Assembly: GCA_035084275.1 (NCBI GenBank)
Contig: CM068749.1
Location: 12,710,001 to 12,774,000, forward strand
Length of the DNA: 64,000 nucleotides
DNA from: Hydrolagus colliei
Lineage: Eukaryota
Direction: 5' to 3'
The notes beneath the pieces were generated by a model. It did no database searches, was not told the DNA's origin, and saw nothing but the letters and a program-made list of their open reading frames with translations. Both the position numbers and the translations under genes were made by a program. Positions 12,800 to 25,300 of the stretch are shown here, piece by piece (the stretch's first letter is position 1; each line of letters starts with the position of its first letter).

Positions 12800-12888
12800 A
12801 GGCTGGCTACAAGGTACAATCAACGGTCGATGGTTTCTCCAATAGCATCAAACTCACCGACAGCGTTGAATGTTCCCTGAAACCACCG
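12800..12888 (-). ncRNA. mir181a: pre-miR-181a hairpin (mir-181a-1-like)
   Basis: Reverse complement of 12852-12874 = AACAUUCAACGCUGUCGGUGAGU (canonical miR-181a-5p); reverse complement of 12813-12834 = ACCAUCGACCGUUGAUUGUACC (miR-181a-3p/miR-213). Confidence 0.97.
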
Positions 12889-13840
12889 GTAGATTGCAGA
12901 CACCTTAAAGGTTAAAAAAAATTAAGAATGATTGAAGGTTTCTCATTTACATCTGGTCTGAGTTGTCTAATTCCTTTCCAGTTTTCTGAGAGAATTGTCT
13001 ATTGCTAAAATACATTGAAAATTCTGAGTTAAGAGTGATGTAGAGAAACTCAGCTGACTTCATCACCAGTATTTATGTCTTCGGCAGCCGTAGATTTTTT
13101 TAAAAAAAATTGGTACAGAAATATCTCCTTTTCTCAGTCTTTAAAATATTTGTGTTCTGCTTGCAGTCTTAAAGTGATTGATTGCATTTTATAAAGGCAT
13201 GTTTTCACAAAAAAAAAACTAGTTCAAGTGGAAAGTTTGTTGGAAAAGGCAATTAAATGTACATTGGTGATGGGAGGAGGAAAAATAAAATCTCTTTGAA
13301 ATGACATGTTTTTTTTTAAATGACACTGACTGGATGAAAGTCTTGAATCAGAATACAGGAAAAGAGGATTAATCATAGACTGTATAAAATACTATATATA
13401 TAACAAAAGCCAACTCCACATTTAATATTTCAAACCCAGCAGTTTTTTGTGAATTATTTTTGTCTCTGCATCTTGACTGAGTTCATGCTCACCACAGCAT
13501 ATGTAAAATATGCTGTTTTGCATGATTTTGGAGTGTTTATGATGAAGCCAGTTTGCATGACAGATTGAGTGTCTGGATTCTACGTTATAGAACGGCATCT
13601 GTTTTAAGTAGTTGTAAATACTGTCCATAGAGAGAATAACAAATGCTCATTTTGCATCTCAAAGCTAAATACAGAAGAATCTCAAGTTCAGTTGCAAGAA
13701 TAAAAGATTGTTTTATGATGTATGGAACGGGATTGGAATAGTTTCATATATCTATGCATCAGTGTGAATTTTTAAAAATATTACTTCGTGGAAAGTAGTC
13801 GAGAGAAGATGTAATAAAGCAAAAAAAAAAAATTTTTTTA

Positions 13841-14050
13841 ATTTGAAATAGCACCTTTTACATCAGGGGAATTTATCAAAGTGCTTCATAGGATTTACTG
13901 TAAAGAGCAATAATTATTTTGTAGGTGAACGCAGCAGTGAATTCACACAACAGTGTCCCACAAACAGCTATAAAGTGAATAATTGATTTCTGTTTGGGAG
14001 ATTGTTGACCAGGAGAGTCTCCCTTCTCTTTGAAAAGGACTGCACATCCA
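13841..14050 (-). mobile_element. Deu-domain SINE 3' part
   Basis: Reverse complement of tail and Deu-like segment (gtcccacaaacagc, gggagattgttgaccagga, cttctctttgaa). Confidence 0.65.
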
Positions 14051-14324
14051 ATGCAGCTGCACTCTCTCCTCTGCCACACGTGTACCTCCCAGCCGATATA
14101 GAGATTGGTGAATGCATGGCCGAAAATGAAAGAAACAAGGAACACATTGGTTCAGTAGAGTGACTGAAGTATTATTAATGGGAAAATTAACTTTCATTAT
14201 TTCTCTTACTGATCCATTTCAATACTGTGCAGGGTATTGTGTAAAATGTACAGTATATGAAAAATGCCCAGTGGAACACAAAACAATAGTGTTCTTGCAC
14301 CATTTTGGAGAGGATGGTGTACTT

Positions 14325-14475
14325 TAACTAGATAGCTATTGGGGGAGGACAGGTTTGCAGGACTATGGGTGGAGAGCTGGGGAGTGGGATTAGTTTGGAC
14401 AGCTCTTTTCAAAGAACTGGCAAAGACACAATGGGCCAAATAGCCTCCTTCTGCACTGTATATTTCTATGATTTT
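14325..14475 (+). mobile_element. CR1 3' end
   Basis: ggactatgggtggagagctggggagtgggattag..gctcttttcaaagaactggcaaagacacaatgggccaaatagcctccttctgcactgta..ttctatgatt. Confidence 0.8.
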
Positions 14476-15277
14476 TCAGCTTTCACGTTAATGTGGCGCA
14501 CACAGGGATGATTCACGTTTGTTTTAAAGGGAACATTCCCCCCAAAACGTGCATGTAACGTGAAGAAATGTACCATAAATAACGGAATTTTTGTTGTATG
14601 AGAAGAAAGGAAAAATGGAGAAGAAGATATTGTACTTTGTATTTGCTTGTGAATTTCTGCTGTGCAAAATATTTTTATAAATAGACATATTTTCAAAAGA
14701 AAAGTGTAATTTGCAAAAATTGTATAGTTATACTGTATATAATTATACCAGATTGTTGGGCTGTAGCTGGCATAACGTGGATTTTTGGGTTAGGGTGACC
14801 CAGACAGACTGATTGTTATAATCTCAATACACAAATGTTATAGAGGTTATTTCAAGGCCAAATCACCATCATAGTGAGCCAGAGTTCGTCAAAGAAAGAA
14901 TTGGATTTTGATCACTTTTGGGCTTGTGTTTTCTCAGAGCTGCTCAGAAGTTTTAACTTTAAAGAGGTTAAGCAGGTAGTTTGCAAAACCAGCCATCCTA
15001 CCCCAATGTCATTCCTAAAGTGTGTGGGTGTGCAGCAGATAATGAAAATGTCTGCTCACCATTGTGATCATCACACCAAAGTTTGCACTGTCCATTTCCT
15101 GTCAGGCAACATTTCAAATCCACTCAAAATGGATAAACAAAAGACATCATGTCTTAACCATTGGTTTCCCACACAAGCCTCAAGCAGTTATCTGCAAATA
15201 TGGCTCTCCATATGGGAGCAAAATTCAGAACTGCTGAAAAGATATCCTGCTTGGCACATGTGTTCCAAAAGTTCATA

Positions 15278-15424
15278 CATAAACAAAACACAAAATACTA
15301 CAGATATTGGGAATCTGAAACCTGTTCTGACGAAGGGTTGTAGACCCGAAACATTGATTATTTTTCCTTTCTCCATGGATGCTGCTTGACCTGCTGAGTT
15401 TCCCAAGCAACTTTTGTGTTTGTT
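15278..15424 (+). mobile_element. Short Penelope-like (pLTR-derived) element with minimal hammerhead core
   Basis: Flanking direct repeat tgttccaaaagttcata (15261-15277 and 15421-15437); CTGACGA-A-GGGTT-GTA-GACCC-GAAAC at 15327-15352; homologous to 43289-43508. Confidence 0.7.
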
Positions 15425-16213
15425 CCAAAAGTTCATATTTGGCTGTAGCTATGCTGCCAAGGTAATGATTTATCGATGCCATTTCCCCTTGTTTGTATAG
15501 GCACAGGCACAGTGTGTCAAAAACCTACTTTTTGATCCATTTGAACACTTCAAATGATCTCTCAGACCACAAATGGAGTTTAAAAGAACAGTTTCTGATA
15601 TGCTCACTGAAGATAAAAAGCAGTAAAGGAAAGTATCCTTTGACTTAAGGCTTTCACCCACAGGGAGAATTAATTTTTTTATATATATACTTGGGAAACA
15701 GTCTTTTCTAATTATCTTGTGCTGAAATTGGTTGTCTTCCTCACCATGGGCAAATGGTGAAACTGAAATTAAAAAATGTATATTTTCATGAACTAAAGCA
15801 CTGATTCATCCTGTTCTGACATAGCAAATCCTGCGAGCTGCTCTCATATTGGAATTAGAGGGTGGTGAGATTGGAGGGATGCCTGAATGTAAGTGCCAGT
15901 GGCAAAATGCCTAAGTAGACCGGAGCTCCAGGGCAGCCAACGAGGAATTTAAAAAGTGTCTGCTACAGCTTGAGTAAAATTAGATCTTTTAAACAAAGAT
16001 CTGGATATTGTAATAAGGTACAATTGCACCTTATTACTGTACTTCGAAAACTCGCAGCTGATCGCACATTGTTATTCTCAAGTGCAGTGACTTTCGTTAC
16101 ATAGGGAAACACAACAGCGAACATGTTCCACAACCAATTAGTCTGTTTTGGTGAATTTGGATGAGTTAAACACATGCACGTGTGCAAAGACTGAGGCTAA
16201 AAGAAACACTTAC

Positions 16214-16285
16214 CATATGGACTGTGAGAATGAATATAGCCACTCCATTCAATCTCACTTTGCAGGAAAATGTTCAGCAGTGGAC
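16214..16285 (-). other. Candidate internal exon of the pri-miR-181 host transcript (72 nt)
   Basis: Minus strand ttctctgtctttttag|GTCC...ATATG|gtaagt: strong acceptor and consensus donor, 3.3 kb upstream of the miRNAs on the same strand. Confidence 0.5.
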
Positions 16286-19200
16286 CTAAAAAGACAGAGA
16301 ATTGAATCATGAAATAATTGTTAAATTAATCAGCTTAAGTAGGTTTCAAAACACTGTATGCAGATTCAAGTATGAACAATGGGTCAGATGATGAAGGGTG
16401 CAATAGATGTGATTTAGTTTTGCTTTCATGATCATATCTACCAAATATGATTGACTACCAATTGTGATTATCAAAATAGAAAACCATCAAATGTTTGAAG
16501 TCAACATAGTGAGGGACTTGTTACTGCTAACTTTTCAGGCAAGTTGCAGAATTCTATTCTACAGGATACCGCACTCTGAATGATAGTAGGCATCAAAAAA
16601 AACTTTGCTAAATGTGTGATGAAGCCTTTTTTTTTGATCTTTTTGTCTTAGTTGGACTAAAAGCGTTGAACGACAACTAATTCATTTTGGATCAGCAAAT
16701 AAGTTGCATTGAAACTGATGATTCATTCTGTGAGTCAAGAGGTCGTTTTATTCTTTGTTTCAGTCAGCTCCAACTGACCTTCACAAATGTTTCATTTAGT
16801 TTGAATCTTGGTGATTGCAAAAAAACAAATTGTCACATCCGAGGCACATAAAACCTGCCTCATCATGCTAGTTTTCTGGTTGCTAATAATTCTGAGATTA
16901 CTAAGAGGTATGAAATGAATCTGAACTCGAGTGGAAGGTATTCTTTTGAGTGAGTGCAGCAAGTGTATATGCTTTTACAGTGCAAATCTAGTTTGCTGGA
17001 TGAGCAGAAATCTAATGTCCTGGAAAAATGTCAAAGAACAGCTATTATTGACTATGCAAAATCCACATATGGGTGTTAAACTATAGCAAAAGATTTGAGC
17101 TTTGAGAATGTTTCAAAGCACTTCACAGAGCATACTGTATATTTTGTGGGTGTTATAAATAGAGAACTTTCTATAAATACTGTATTGTGATTATTTACTT
17201 GTAATTCAGCCTAATGAAAATAAAATGTGTGTATGTGTATGCATGTCAGATTTATACTACATTGTCATTTATCATTTAAATCTACATATTCTCTGTTGTC
17301 TTAGATTTCCAGTATTCAAAGTTTGTGATGGAAATTAATCTGTAAGGAAAGCAAAATGCAAGTAAATTTTCATTGTGTACACTTCAGACTCGTGTCCCAA
17401 AGATTGGCAGTACTACAAAATATAGTGTCAGCTAGTGTGTTACCCCCAAAATATTTTATAAGCAACCATCAAGACATAGCCCAGAAATTTGACATCAAAC
17501 TATAAGTGACAGAAGTAGTCCTGGAAATAGTTTCTGTTCCTCGCTGATGTCCTCAAGGAACTTAGATGCTGAGCTGCAAGAGGCATTCATCATGGGAACA
17601 GACAGTATCTCTTGGCTGAAGACAAATCCTAAATTTAAGTAACTGTCTTCACCAACCCATCTGGAGGGCAACTGTGTGAAATAGAGCATGTCTTCTTGGA
17701 TCACCTATTATTGCCTGTCCTATGCAATCTGACCTCAATTTACTGCACAGCTTTAGCTGCGAGGGAGATGAGATTTTGTTCCAAGAAGGAATACACCCTG
17801 ATTTCTATCCCAACTCTCTATTTACTTACACAAATCAAATTGATCTCTCCGCTCTTTAATTATTAAGAGAATATTATGCACAAAACTCAGGCGTTTTATT
17901 TCAGGTAATCTTTTCAAGTGACAAACAGCAGTGGTAAATGCAACAAGATTAGTGCTCTTCCAAACCATCAGCTCAATATAATGGTGCTCAACAGTGTCAG
18001 CAGAAAATTGCAGGGAAGTTTGACTCTGTGAGAAAGGTCCATTTCTGCCAGCATTATCCTCCTCCTTCCCTGACTGATGTGGTCAGGCTGAGAGCTGGTT
18101 GAAACCTACTCAATAAGGCATGTAAGGTTCAAATATTGGCTAAGTCTAGCCATTTGAAGTTACAAATTCTATTTGGGAGTCACACTCTACAGTAGAGTTG
18201 GGTCACCCCAACAGCAAATGTTTTTAATTTTAAAAGTGCCCACATTATATATAAAACTGTTTTTTTTTAAGTGCTGCATTCAATTTCATGTTCTTTTAGG
18301 AACATTTTGATTGATGAATTTCCATGAAAAACACCCAGATGAAACGAGCTAGAGCTATATTAACAATACAGATTCCACCCACGCTCAGTGAGTGTGGTTT
18401 GTACTTAATGTGGTTATGCTATTTCAGGAGATCCAATCCAGCAATGAGGAGGGTCATTGTTGAGTTGATACGCTCCATACTGTGTGGTGATTATTTTTGA
18501 ATGTTCTGTCCAGATTGAAGTGACTTTGCAATGCTGTGGTATTGCAGATGCCAGATCATGAGTAGCAGCATTAACTCACTAGGAAAAACTCAAAGTTCCC
18601 ACGCCAGCACATACCTATTGTAACTCAAACCGTCTGCAAACGAAAAGACCTTTGCTCATCTTTCAGGAGATACAGATGCAACCACAAGTAACCTTTCCAC
18701 CCAAATGAATGATAATTGCTCTTCTGTTTGTCCAATCTGAGTTTTTTCAGAAAAGAGCGATTCTGATCTATTCTGCGTTCCACATTGCAGTCGCTTCCAA
18801 CATGTGTCATGCTGACTGAAATACAGTTCTGACAAAAGCTAATCTTTACCAAATTGAAACTGATTTCCACTAAAAGTATAGTTGCATACAGTTTCTTATT
18901 CTGTAAGATTTTTAGATGTCTTGCACAATATTACACCACTTAATAACAATCAGCTGCAATGACGGCTTTCTTGTGATTGTTAGTATTGTATATTGAATAC
19001 TATGAAGCATTTTAACAACAAAATAATTAAATTGTCATTCGCCCATATCTTGATGTGCCTTAAATTTATGTAGTGAGTGGGAGTCTCCTAGTTACATTTT
19101 CTTTCACTCATCTGCATGATCTGAGAATAAATTGAAAGATATACAATTGCAATGTAAACTATTAGCTCGGAGTTTAAGTACCAAACAGTTTCTAACGCAT

Positions 19201-19377
19201 TTTCTGAATTTCAGACACAAGATATATTTATGTTCTATATGGAATTTTCAAACCAGCATGCGAGCAACAAGATTAACTTCACATGAAACTGATGGTGGAA
19301 TTTCCCCCTCAATTTTCTATTAATAAAAGAGAATTTACTTTTCCCCCTCCCCACTTTATTCATTTCATGGCAGTTGT

Positions 19378-19686
19378 GGGTTCCTGTTGCTCAGTGGTTA
19401 GAGCACTTGTCTCACAAGCAAGAGACCTGGATTCGATTCCCAGCAGGGCAAAACCTTTGGCAAGTTTTATTACTCCACATGCCTGATAATAATCCCTCAA
19501 GAAAAAAAAAATTGGTCATGTTTCAATCCCCGATTGTTTGTGGGACACTGCTGAGCACAATTGCCTGCCGCGTTTTGCCAACAAATATGCAGTCAATTCA
19601 CTTTACAGTGTGTTCTGCAAAGCGCTTTGGGATGTCTAAAAGATGTTTAAAGTGCTATATCAAGTGCAAGGATTATTATTATTATT
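19378..19686 (+). mobile_element. Near full-length tRNA-derived SINE
   Basis: A box tgctcagtggtt, anticodon-arm-like cttgtctcacaagcaag, B box ggattcgattcc, body, 3' gtgctatatcaagtgcaagg(ATT)n. Confidence 0.9.
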
Positions 19687-19714
19687 AAACACAGTCACTA
19701 TGCAGTTAAACACT

Positions 19715-19790
19715 GAAGTATTTTGAGGCATCTTCCTGAGGTAAAAGATGCTATAACAAATGCAAGTATTTAAAAATTATTATTATTTTA
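19715..19790 (+). mobile_element. Second SINE tail remnant
   Basis: gatgctataacaaatgcaag..attattattatt. Confidence 0.55.
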
Positions 19791-20684
19791 ATTATTAATA
19801 AAAACCTACCTGACCTGGTAGTTCAAATACCTTTGGTACTTAACTCCATCTGCTCACAATTCTGTAACATAAAGAATAACTGATCCATCCATTTTCTTGA
19901 AAATGAAATTTAAAAGTTCCCAAATTGAAGATTTTGTTAAATGTTTATTTGATTCCTTGCAGTTACTACAGAGTGAAAAACAAGACCACACATTCTTTCC
20001 CCCACCATTCACAGTTTATAAATCTTCCATTATAAATTACCAAGGAACTGTTTGTTTGTTTGTTTGTTTGAGCCAGTTCTGCCAAATTAAATACCTGATG
20101 AGTTCAGATTTCAGAAAGAATGATTAATGGCGGAGTATTAAATGGCTCCCCCCGCTTACATTGAACTATTAATTTCAAGCAATGCAAAGGTGCACAGGGT
20201 CCATCATACAGTACAATCAATACATTTCAATGAAAGCTGAACAAACCTCCATTATGTGCATTGATGGTGATCCTGTTGTGTTGGCTAGAGATGGCGTTAA
20301 ATCTTGTAGAGTTGTAGATGTGTGGTTGTACTGTGAAACGAGCACATTGGGGACTTAGAATTGGCTCAAATACACTCGAATTGGGCAGTGATGTAGAAAT
20401 AATCTGCAGCAAGCCTTTTTATACAGTTGTGTAGGTGAATCATAATGAACCAGTTTTAAGATGAGTTTGTTTCCGCGTGGGGAGAGGGGAGGGATTTAAT
20501 GGCTTCACCCCCACCACCACCCAAAAAATAAGCTACTAAAGTTTTATTGTCTGCATTGCTTTGCCTTCATCAAAAGAAACTTGAGTATTCTGTATTTCTT
20601 TGTCTTTTTTCTGTAAGGATGGAACATGTCTGACAGCATTAAATATTTCTTAGTAGCTCAGAAAATGTTAGTGCGCTAGTGAAA

Positions 20685-20757
20685 TATAATAATATAATAA
20701 TAATAATAATCCTTACATTTATATAGCGCTTTCCACATCTAATCGACGTCTCAAGGA
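20685..20757 (-). mobile_element. SINE tail fragment
   Basis: (AAT)n-ccttacatttatatagcgct..gacgtctcaa. Confidence 0.75.
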
Positions 20758-22631
20758 TTTTAATACCTACCTGACCTGCTAGTTCAGTATAATATAGTGC
20801 TTGACTGCTCTTACTGTTTGTTTGCTGTAGTTGTGATGCACTCGTTAGATCTGAAAATAAAAATTTTAAAACAGCATTTGGAACATCAAAATTATCAAAA
20901 ATTTATTTCAGTTCTGATCTTTTGTAATGATGAATTCCCTAAAGAATTCTGACCATTCACCCTTCATGGTTTTCGAATAGAGACATGAATTGGTTATTTT
21001 ACTGTGCCCTGTTCTATTCATTCAATCAATCAGTTCAGTTATAGAAATAAAAAAACTAACTTTTTTTTTACAGAAATATCAAACAGAAAGCAATGTCTTG
21101 CAGTAATCTAATTTTCCAGTAATGTAGGTCCTTGGCACACCCAAGCTTTGGCTTCGTGCTTAATCATATGCTGGGTTCATGTCACAGAGTAGGAATTAAG
21201 CAAATAAGGTAATAGGCTCATAGTCGTAAAATAACTCAATTTGCTTCATTTCTGGTTTTGTTTTCCTCCCATAATTTTATGCGTTTGTTTATTCAGCCTT
21301 GAAATCAGGCTTGTTTCCTCCTCCCTGCCATGGGTGCACACAGAGTAAATGATTAAAGGCACGAGAAACATATTGCAAACCAATACAATGTGTTCCATTA
21401 CCCAACAAAATAAATAAGAAAACTGCACACACCATTGACAAATTTTTGGTTTAATAACCATCAAGGATTGGCAATATATAAATCTTATAGTACAGAATTT
21501 TTCCAAAACACAATTTATTATAAATCTATCTTAATCCACTTTTAAAAAAATATTTGCTTAATCCTGAAAATCAATGTGAAGGGTAAGTTTTATATAATGA
21601 TTTTTAAAAAAGCCATCCGTGTTCTTTAACAGTATAACTCATCCTCTTTAATGAAAGGGTGGAGGAATGGTACTGAACTCTTTAATGGAATAAAAATGAA
21701 GGGTTCAGACCTATTTTGCTGTGGTGGAACTCAACTTCAAAGTACAAAGAAACGGTTTCAGACGGAAGAGTAATTTCTGAAGTGGATTTACTGCCCATCA
21801 TTAACTGCACCCTGGGCTTTCTCTCTCCAGCAGTCTGCTTCCTTTGATCTGAGAGATTAGACTAATTGCTACTGTAAGATGTGGCAGAGCACACTTTACG
21901 CCTGAACATGGAAATCTGTGTTGAAATTAAACCTGTCAAGCAGCACGATGCAACTGGAGTAGGCTCCAACTGAGGAGTGCTGCACTGGTTGGACCCTCTA
22001 ATTGAGTATCATTTAAATGGTGGATGATATAAGTAGCTGACATTGTCTGAATCTCACGGATTTCCTTGGAATACAATTGCTAATTCCCGAAGGGATCATA
22101 AGAGAGCCATCAGGCAATCCAAATGTAAAATCTCAATACTGCTGGTTCATCCTGTTTATGATGATTGCTTAGCACTTTCCTGCTGGTTTTCCGGAGGTGC
22201 TTTCATGTTTTTAAACTGGATTTGTTTTAACTGACAGGGAGTTTCAACACACTGAGGAAACTGTGATCATCCCTCTGTGTAACAATAGAAAATGAAGATT
22301 TTTTAAAATCAAATTCTGTTGGTTTCTCTCCCTTCTCCCAACACTGCAAAGGATGTTAGTGCTACTTAGAACATCCGTGTACATCTATATATTTCTGGTT
22401 TGATCCCCAATAGTACATGAGCCAGGAAATTTAATTTGGATCGGGGAGGCTAAAGGATCAAAGACCAAATTCTTAATGGGAGATTAAATGGCCATTGACT
22501 ACGTCACCTCCTGTCTGCCCATGTCTTTGTTATCCTCAAAGCAACACAGAAATATTTGGAAATTGAACTAAAAATGATTGTATTTGATATGTCTTTAACA
22601 GTAGCAGCAAAATATGCTGATTGTTTCCTGA

Positions 22632-22690
22632 TACAACAACAGAATTACATTTGTTTAGCGCCTTTCATGTCGGAAGGACATCCCAACGCA
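22632..22690 (-). mobile_element. L2 3' tail fragment
   Basis: acaacagaattacattt..tagcgcctttcatgtcggaaggacatccc. Confidence 0.65.
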
Positions 22691-22954
22691 ATGAAAACAA
22701 TGAGCACTGGTCACCTCTTAGTATTAACTAATGGGTTATCCAACTTTATGCTCATTTTGCTGGTTTGTTTTGTTCACACAGCACAAAAAAAATTGGGCCT
22801 TTATGTATACTGTACATCACAATTAATAAGTTAATGATGATCACTTTGATTTCTTTATTTTCGTAAGATATTACAGTATTCACCACTGTCGTAACAAGTA
22901 TTGATTTGATTACTGCTGTCAGCCTGATTCAATTGGTAACATTCTTGCCTGGGA

Positions 22955-23325
22955 CAGAAGGTATTGAATTGATGCCTCACATCAGGACTTTGAGCTCCTA
23001 GTCCAGGACCCCTCTCTGCCATGTCAGGGGAAGCTTCCCACTGACAGATGACAATGTCATCCTGCATTGACATCCCAAGGCCATGTTTGTCAGGTGGCCA
23101 TTAAAGATCCCATGACACTATCTGAAAGGTTAAAGGAGTTTCTCCCTGCATCCTGGCCAACTGCTCTCCAGTGTGAAAAAAATAATAATTCACTACATGA
23201 CTGTTTGTGGGAGACATTACGAAATACAAACTGGATGCCTGATTCAAATAGTCATTCACTCAATAGAAATGTATTGAAGTGCTTTGAGTGTTACAGACAC
23301 TATATCAAATGTAAAGATCATTATG
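22955..23325 (+). mobile_element. Deu-domain SINE (SacSINE1/AmnSINE1-type), degraded
   Basis: caggtggccattaaagatcccatgacactat..gagtttctccctgcatcctggccaac (Deu core), then ctgtttgtggga and tail ctatatcaaatgtaaag. Confidence 0.7.
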
Positions 23326-25004
23326 AGTATCATAGTACAGAGAGCTTTTACTTCCTTGATCTTGGCATTGTCTAAATCCCTATCTCAGAGAAACCCCACG
23401 TACTACACAATTTTGCACTTTCCCTGCTGACTTATCCCTTGTAGCGAGTCTGTAGAGCTATTACTAACTGCTGAATCCAAGGGTGGTTTTCAATGATAGA
23501 CCTGTAAGCACTTGGCAACTGGATTGAAACTGTCCCAACCCATTTCAACCAAAGTAGACATTTCCATGCCATCTGCTTGTCTGGCTGTAAATTCAGGGAA
23601 AAAAGAACCACTAAAAAGACCTATTCCAACTATTGTGTAAAATGTTCTGAACATTTTTTACAAGCACATTTACATCAAGATTGAATTCCTTGCAATGAAA
23701 GTAAAGGGGGTGCTGAATTCTTCTCAATTGTTCAAGTTGAATGAAAATAAATGGAATTGATTTGGAGCAGATGAACCCAATCTGCATGTTTTTTTCCTTG
23801 AGTCATAAGGCAGTTGTCAATTTCCACAACACATACCTGAAGTAGGTAATCAAAATTGGTCTATTCCACAGGATAGTTTCATCTACAGCAGGGAATGAAT
23901 GCACAGTTTGGAGAGAAAGTGGCAATAGGATAGAAATCCAATTGAAGTAAATAGGTAATAAATGTTAAATCAAAGGGAGCATTAACTGGAGGAATTAAAC
24001 TAGATTTATAATCGGGAGGAGGTGGGGGGGGGGGGGGGGGGGGAATAATTCAAATAATGCCATGCCACCCGGATATTGGACTTGAAATGTTTCAACAATT
24101 TGAAATTGTGAATTTCTAAAAACAAAACCCCAAAATATCGGGAGTCGAGTGGCAATGGTATTGTGACAACCCATTCACATTTATATTTCTGATAATCTTC
24201 CCTCGAAGATTGTAACTGAAACTCTGGTGACTAAGATTGCAATGCTGCAGCATTAAACTTAGGTTCCAGTCAGAACATTAATGACTGAACAGGTCTAAAA
24301 GAAAAATTTGGGCACCCGTCAGCAGGCCTGTGTTTGATCCTTTTCATATTTGGGCTTTCTATCGGAGGTGAGTATTAAATCTATTCCTGGTTTCCTCTGT
24401 TTAAGGGTGGAGAGATCCAGCCCATGACAATTTGATCAATGTTTATTTGTGGTTAATGTACCAAAGTTACATTCGATACAATAATAGATTCCTCCCCCAT
24501 TATTTTCCTCTTCCCTCTTCCAGAATGACCAAAATGTCAACTTTGCTGTTACGATGTGAAAGCCAAAGAGGTCAATTTAATTCACGTCATTTTATACCGG
24601 GTGCTATTTTGCACTTGTAGTCCCTTTTCACTGTGCCTCATTTGAACTTGCGGTACTTGCAATGGAATTGTTCCTCGGTTTCTAAAAGGATTTTCATAAA
24701 AGTGTACTCCACATCCACCCCGAGTCAGAATGGGTCTCTGTGCATTATGATGCACCAACCTGACAATGTGGTGGAGCTATGACATGAAAGTGTGGCAGAC
24801 ATACATTAATGTGGTTGCATCAATATTTATTGGGCTGTAGGAAAGTGTCAATTCAATTTACTCTTCAATATGCGTCTTGTGCAGAAGACTATGTGCAATG
24901 TCAGATCTACATTTTGTTTTATTCAATGTTTCTCCCTGCATCTCCTGAAAATGTTGGCTAACATTTCACAAGCACAAAACCTCCTGTTTAGCAAAGTGCT
25001 GAGC

Positions 25005-25300
25005 TATGGCAAGGCCACCCTCGGTCACCTCACCTAAGTAGCCAAGTTATGAATGTTGGTGTGTTATTTAGCAATGGCAGGGGAAGGGATATCTGCTGAG
25101 CAGATGAGCCCAATTGCAACATCCACAAATGCACTTTCCAGGAGGGAATGCTAAAAACTAGAAACCTGACTGATTTCTTCCCCAGAAGTCAATAATGGTG
25201 CGTACAATTGTTACCCCAGTTGAGATTGACTAATACATCACACACTAGGTTCTATGGCTTAGTTTCACTCTCAAAAGTAGCTGTATCCACTCAGCCATCA
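25005..25300 (-). mobile_element. AmnSINE2-like ancient SINE
   Basis: cacctcacctaagtagcca, atgcactttccagga, cctgactgatttcttcc, caattgttacccc, gttgagattgactaa, cactcagccatc are reverse-complement motifs of the 5 kb and 58.7 kb copies. Confidence 0.5.

Noticed and set aside
12657-12874. 25-bp direct repeat as MITE remnant or CRISPR-like repeat
   Set aside because: Fully explained by the paralogous miR-181a and miR-181b 5p arms
14874-15389. Longest ORF (171 aa) as a gene
   Set aside because: Non-ATG start, no recognisable domain, and its 3' part runs through the Penelope-like insertion
19378-19450. tRNA gene (Val/Ala-like)
   Set aside because: Continues directly into a SINE body and (ATT)n tail, with a diverged sister copy at ~3.2 kb; it is a SINE head
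20096-20120. Another hammerhead (ctgatgag...gaaa)
   Set aside because: No convincing stem II or stem I/III pairing; likewise for ctgatgag at ~26871 and ~31288
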